From the NCBI RefSeq assembly GCF_001949145.1, contig NW_019091360.1, positions 124,001 to 188,000 on the forward strand: a stretch of 64,000 bases of DNA. Direction: 5' to 3'. The position numbers were made by a program, and so were the translations under genes. This DNA comes from Acanthaster planci. Its lineage: Eukaryota. Under the pieces are notes generated by a model. That model was not told the DNA's origin. It saw only the letters and a program-made list of their open reading frames with translations, and made no database searches. Shown in pieces: positions 62,211 to 64,000 of this stretch (its first letter is position 1; each line of letters starts with the position of its first letter).

Positions 62211-64000
62211 AAACTCCTCCCCCACATTGGTGTGGGTCGGGTCTCCTAGTGATACTTACCCCTGTCAAGCCTACATATGCAAATTTCCCATGTGCCTATT
62301 ACAATTAGCTGAAAAGACTTGATTATGCATGCTGCCCTTTGACATTCCACAATGCACTGCGGTCCCGCTGCCATGTTCGTCCTTCTTTTCAAAGTGGAGA
62401 AATTCCCGAAGGCAAAGGGGGGAAGGACGGGCGGGAGTGGCTGAACAGGGTAAGTATCATTAGGAGACCTGACCCACACTAATGTGGGGGACGAGTTTCC
62501 TGCATTCACATACCCCTGTCCAGCCTACATATGCAGGGTGGCACTGTACCCTGGAGGAGGGTCGGCGAGAGGAGAGTAGTTACTAGAGAGCATAGTCGGG
62601 CATCGCCCAAACGAACACTCACCAGAGAAAGAGGTATCTACGATGAAGAATTCATTGTTTGATGTGGACGCAGAGGCGGCCCGAACATCATGGGCTCTGA
62701 CATGAGAACAAGTCGCCTTGTCATGCTGAGTAGGCCCGTCTTGGTTCACGAAGATAATGGCCGAGACTATCCATCGGGCAATAGTGTCCTTCGCGCTGGA
62801 TGAAAAAGCTTTGTGGTTGTGATGAAGAGTCTGGAACCAGGTTCCCGGCGGTGCTTGGTTCTGGCGAGGTACCACTCGAGAGTACGAAGTGGACACCATT
62901 TCTTGTCAGAGTTATCTCCCGAAAGAGAGGTTATGTCAGGGACAAATATGTTCAGAGGCCGGAAGGCAGGCGTCTGGTTCTTTGTCAGGAACTCAATGGC
63001 TGGGATAAGGTGAACCCCATGCGTTTCCCAGCGGATGTGACCTTCAGCAGTTGACAGCGCATGTAGTTCGCTGCCGCGTCTGAAGGTAACGACCGCCAGT
63101 AGGAATGCCAGTTTGATGCTGAGATGGACATCAAATGCACCGGTAAGCGGCTTGAAGGGGGAAAGGCAAGAATGCGCAAAATATCAGGAGATGAGTATTG
63201 TCGGTCAATGGGAAGAGGTCAACGTGGGGACGCTTGATCTTCGCGAAGATCTGACTGACGCTCAAATGAAAGTGTCTGCTATGCTGTTGGTTGTTCCTGC
63301 TATGTGAACAGCTTGCAGGATGATCCCGTGATCGATCGCCCACATGAAGATCTGCCTTGTAAGGACGCAAAGCTGGAGGGGAGCGCGTACCGCCGAGGTG
63401 GTTGATGTACGCTACCACTGTGTGGAGTTGTTGCTCTGGATGCTCTAAGTGTTGCTGGAAGGGGCGAAGGGTGTCGAATACTGCCTGAAATTCCAGCAGG
63501 ATGATGTGTTTGTTGCGGAAGGAAGAGTCTCAAACCCCGGATGCACAGAGCGGAAGAAGGGAGGCCCACCATCCAAATAGCGACACATCCGTTGTCATCG
63601 TGACGTTCGGTCTCAGTGGAATGAAGGGACAGCCTGTCAACAGGTGCTCGTTGATGGTCCCCCACCGGAGGTGGTTGTGAACATTCGGCGGAAGAGGGAC
63701 CAGGTAGAAATCGCTCTTGGGGCGGTACCAAGATAGGAGATGTAGTTAAAGTGGGCACGTCGCCACCATGGGACGAGGTCGATCAAACTGGCCATTAGTC
63801 CAAGAAGACGGAGCCAGGCTAGCGCCAGAGGTGCCTCAGACCGCAAAAACTGAAGGGCGCATTGCTGCAGATTGAGGATGCATTCCGGTGTCGGAGCCGC
63901 AATGCATTTGAGGAGGTCGAGGGCCGCCCCTAGGTAGGTTAGCCATTGTGATGGATCAAGAGCTGACTTGTCGTAGTTGATGAGGAACCCTAGGCGTGTC
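62211..64000 (-). mobile_element. DIRS1-type YR retrotransposon, 3' portion (RT/RNase H, start of methyltransferase-like domain, recombinase fragments, ICR/ITR end); continues past the window
   Basis: LGFLINYDKS, YLGAALD, LRLLGLMAS, VVAYINHLGGTRS, PHVDLF, AHDVRAASAS. Terminal inverted arms at 62211-62270 and 62439-62498; direct repeat at 62257-62281 and 62511-62535. Confidence 0.9.

Overview
Eukaryotic, invertebrate-like genomic DNA (echinoderm-like by repeat style; that is a weak inference) with two assembly gaps. The whole window lies inside one minus-strand gene, the ciliary gene CFAP65/CCDC108. I traced 13 GT-AG exons between 62112 and 17419; they join in consistent phase (1698 nt, 566 codons, no stops), and the gene runs off both window ends. 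The introns are packed with decayed transposons: three Ngaro-type tyrosine-recombinase retroelements (+ strand; one nearly complete with gag, RT, RNase H, recombinase and SGNH hydrolase), three DIRS1-type fragments (- strand), an RTE LINE, a CR1-like LINE, two solo LTRs with 4-bp TSDs, a Polinton/Maverick DNA polymerase B remnant, a Zator-like transposase remnant, hAT- and Harbinger-like MITEs, and several tandem repeats. The most unusual items are a 266-bp tRNA-Thr-derived tandem-unit insertion with a 12-bp TSD and a terminal inversion, a homogeneous 86-bp array at a Ngaro 3' end, and a strand split between Ngaro and DIRS1 copies. No prokaryote-type system (CRISPR etc.) is supported. Family and gene assignments come from recalled motifs, not database searches.
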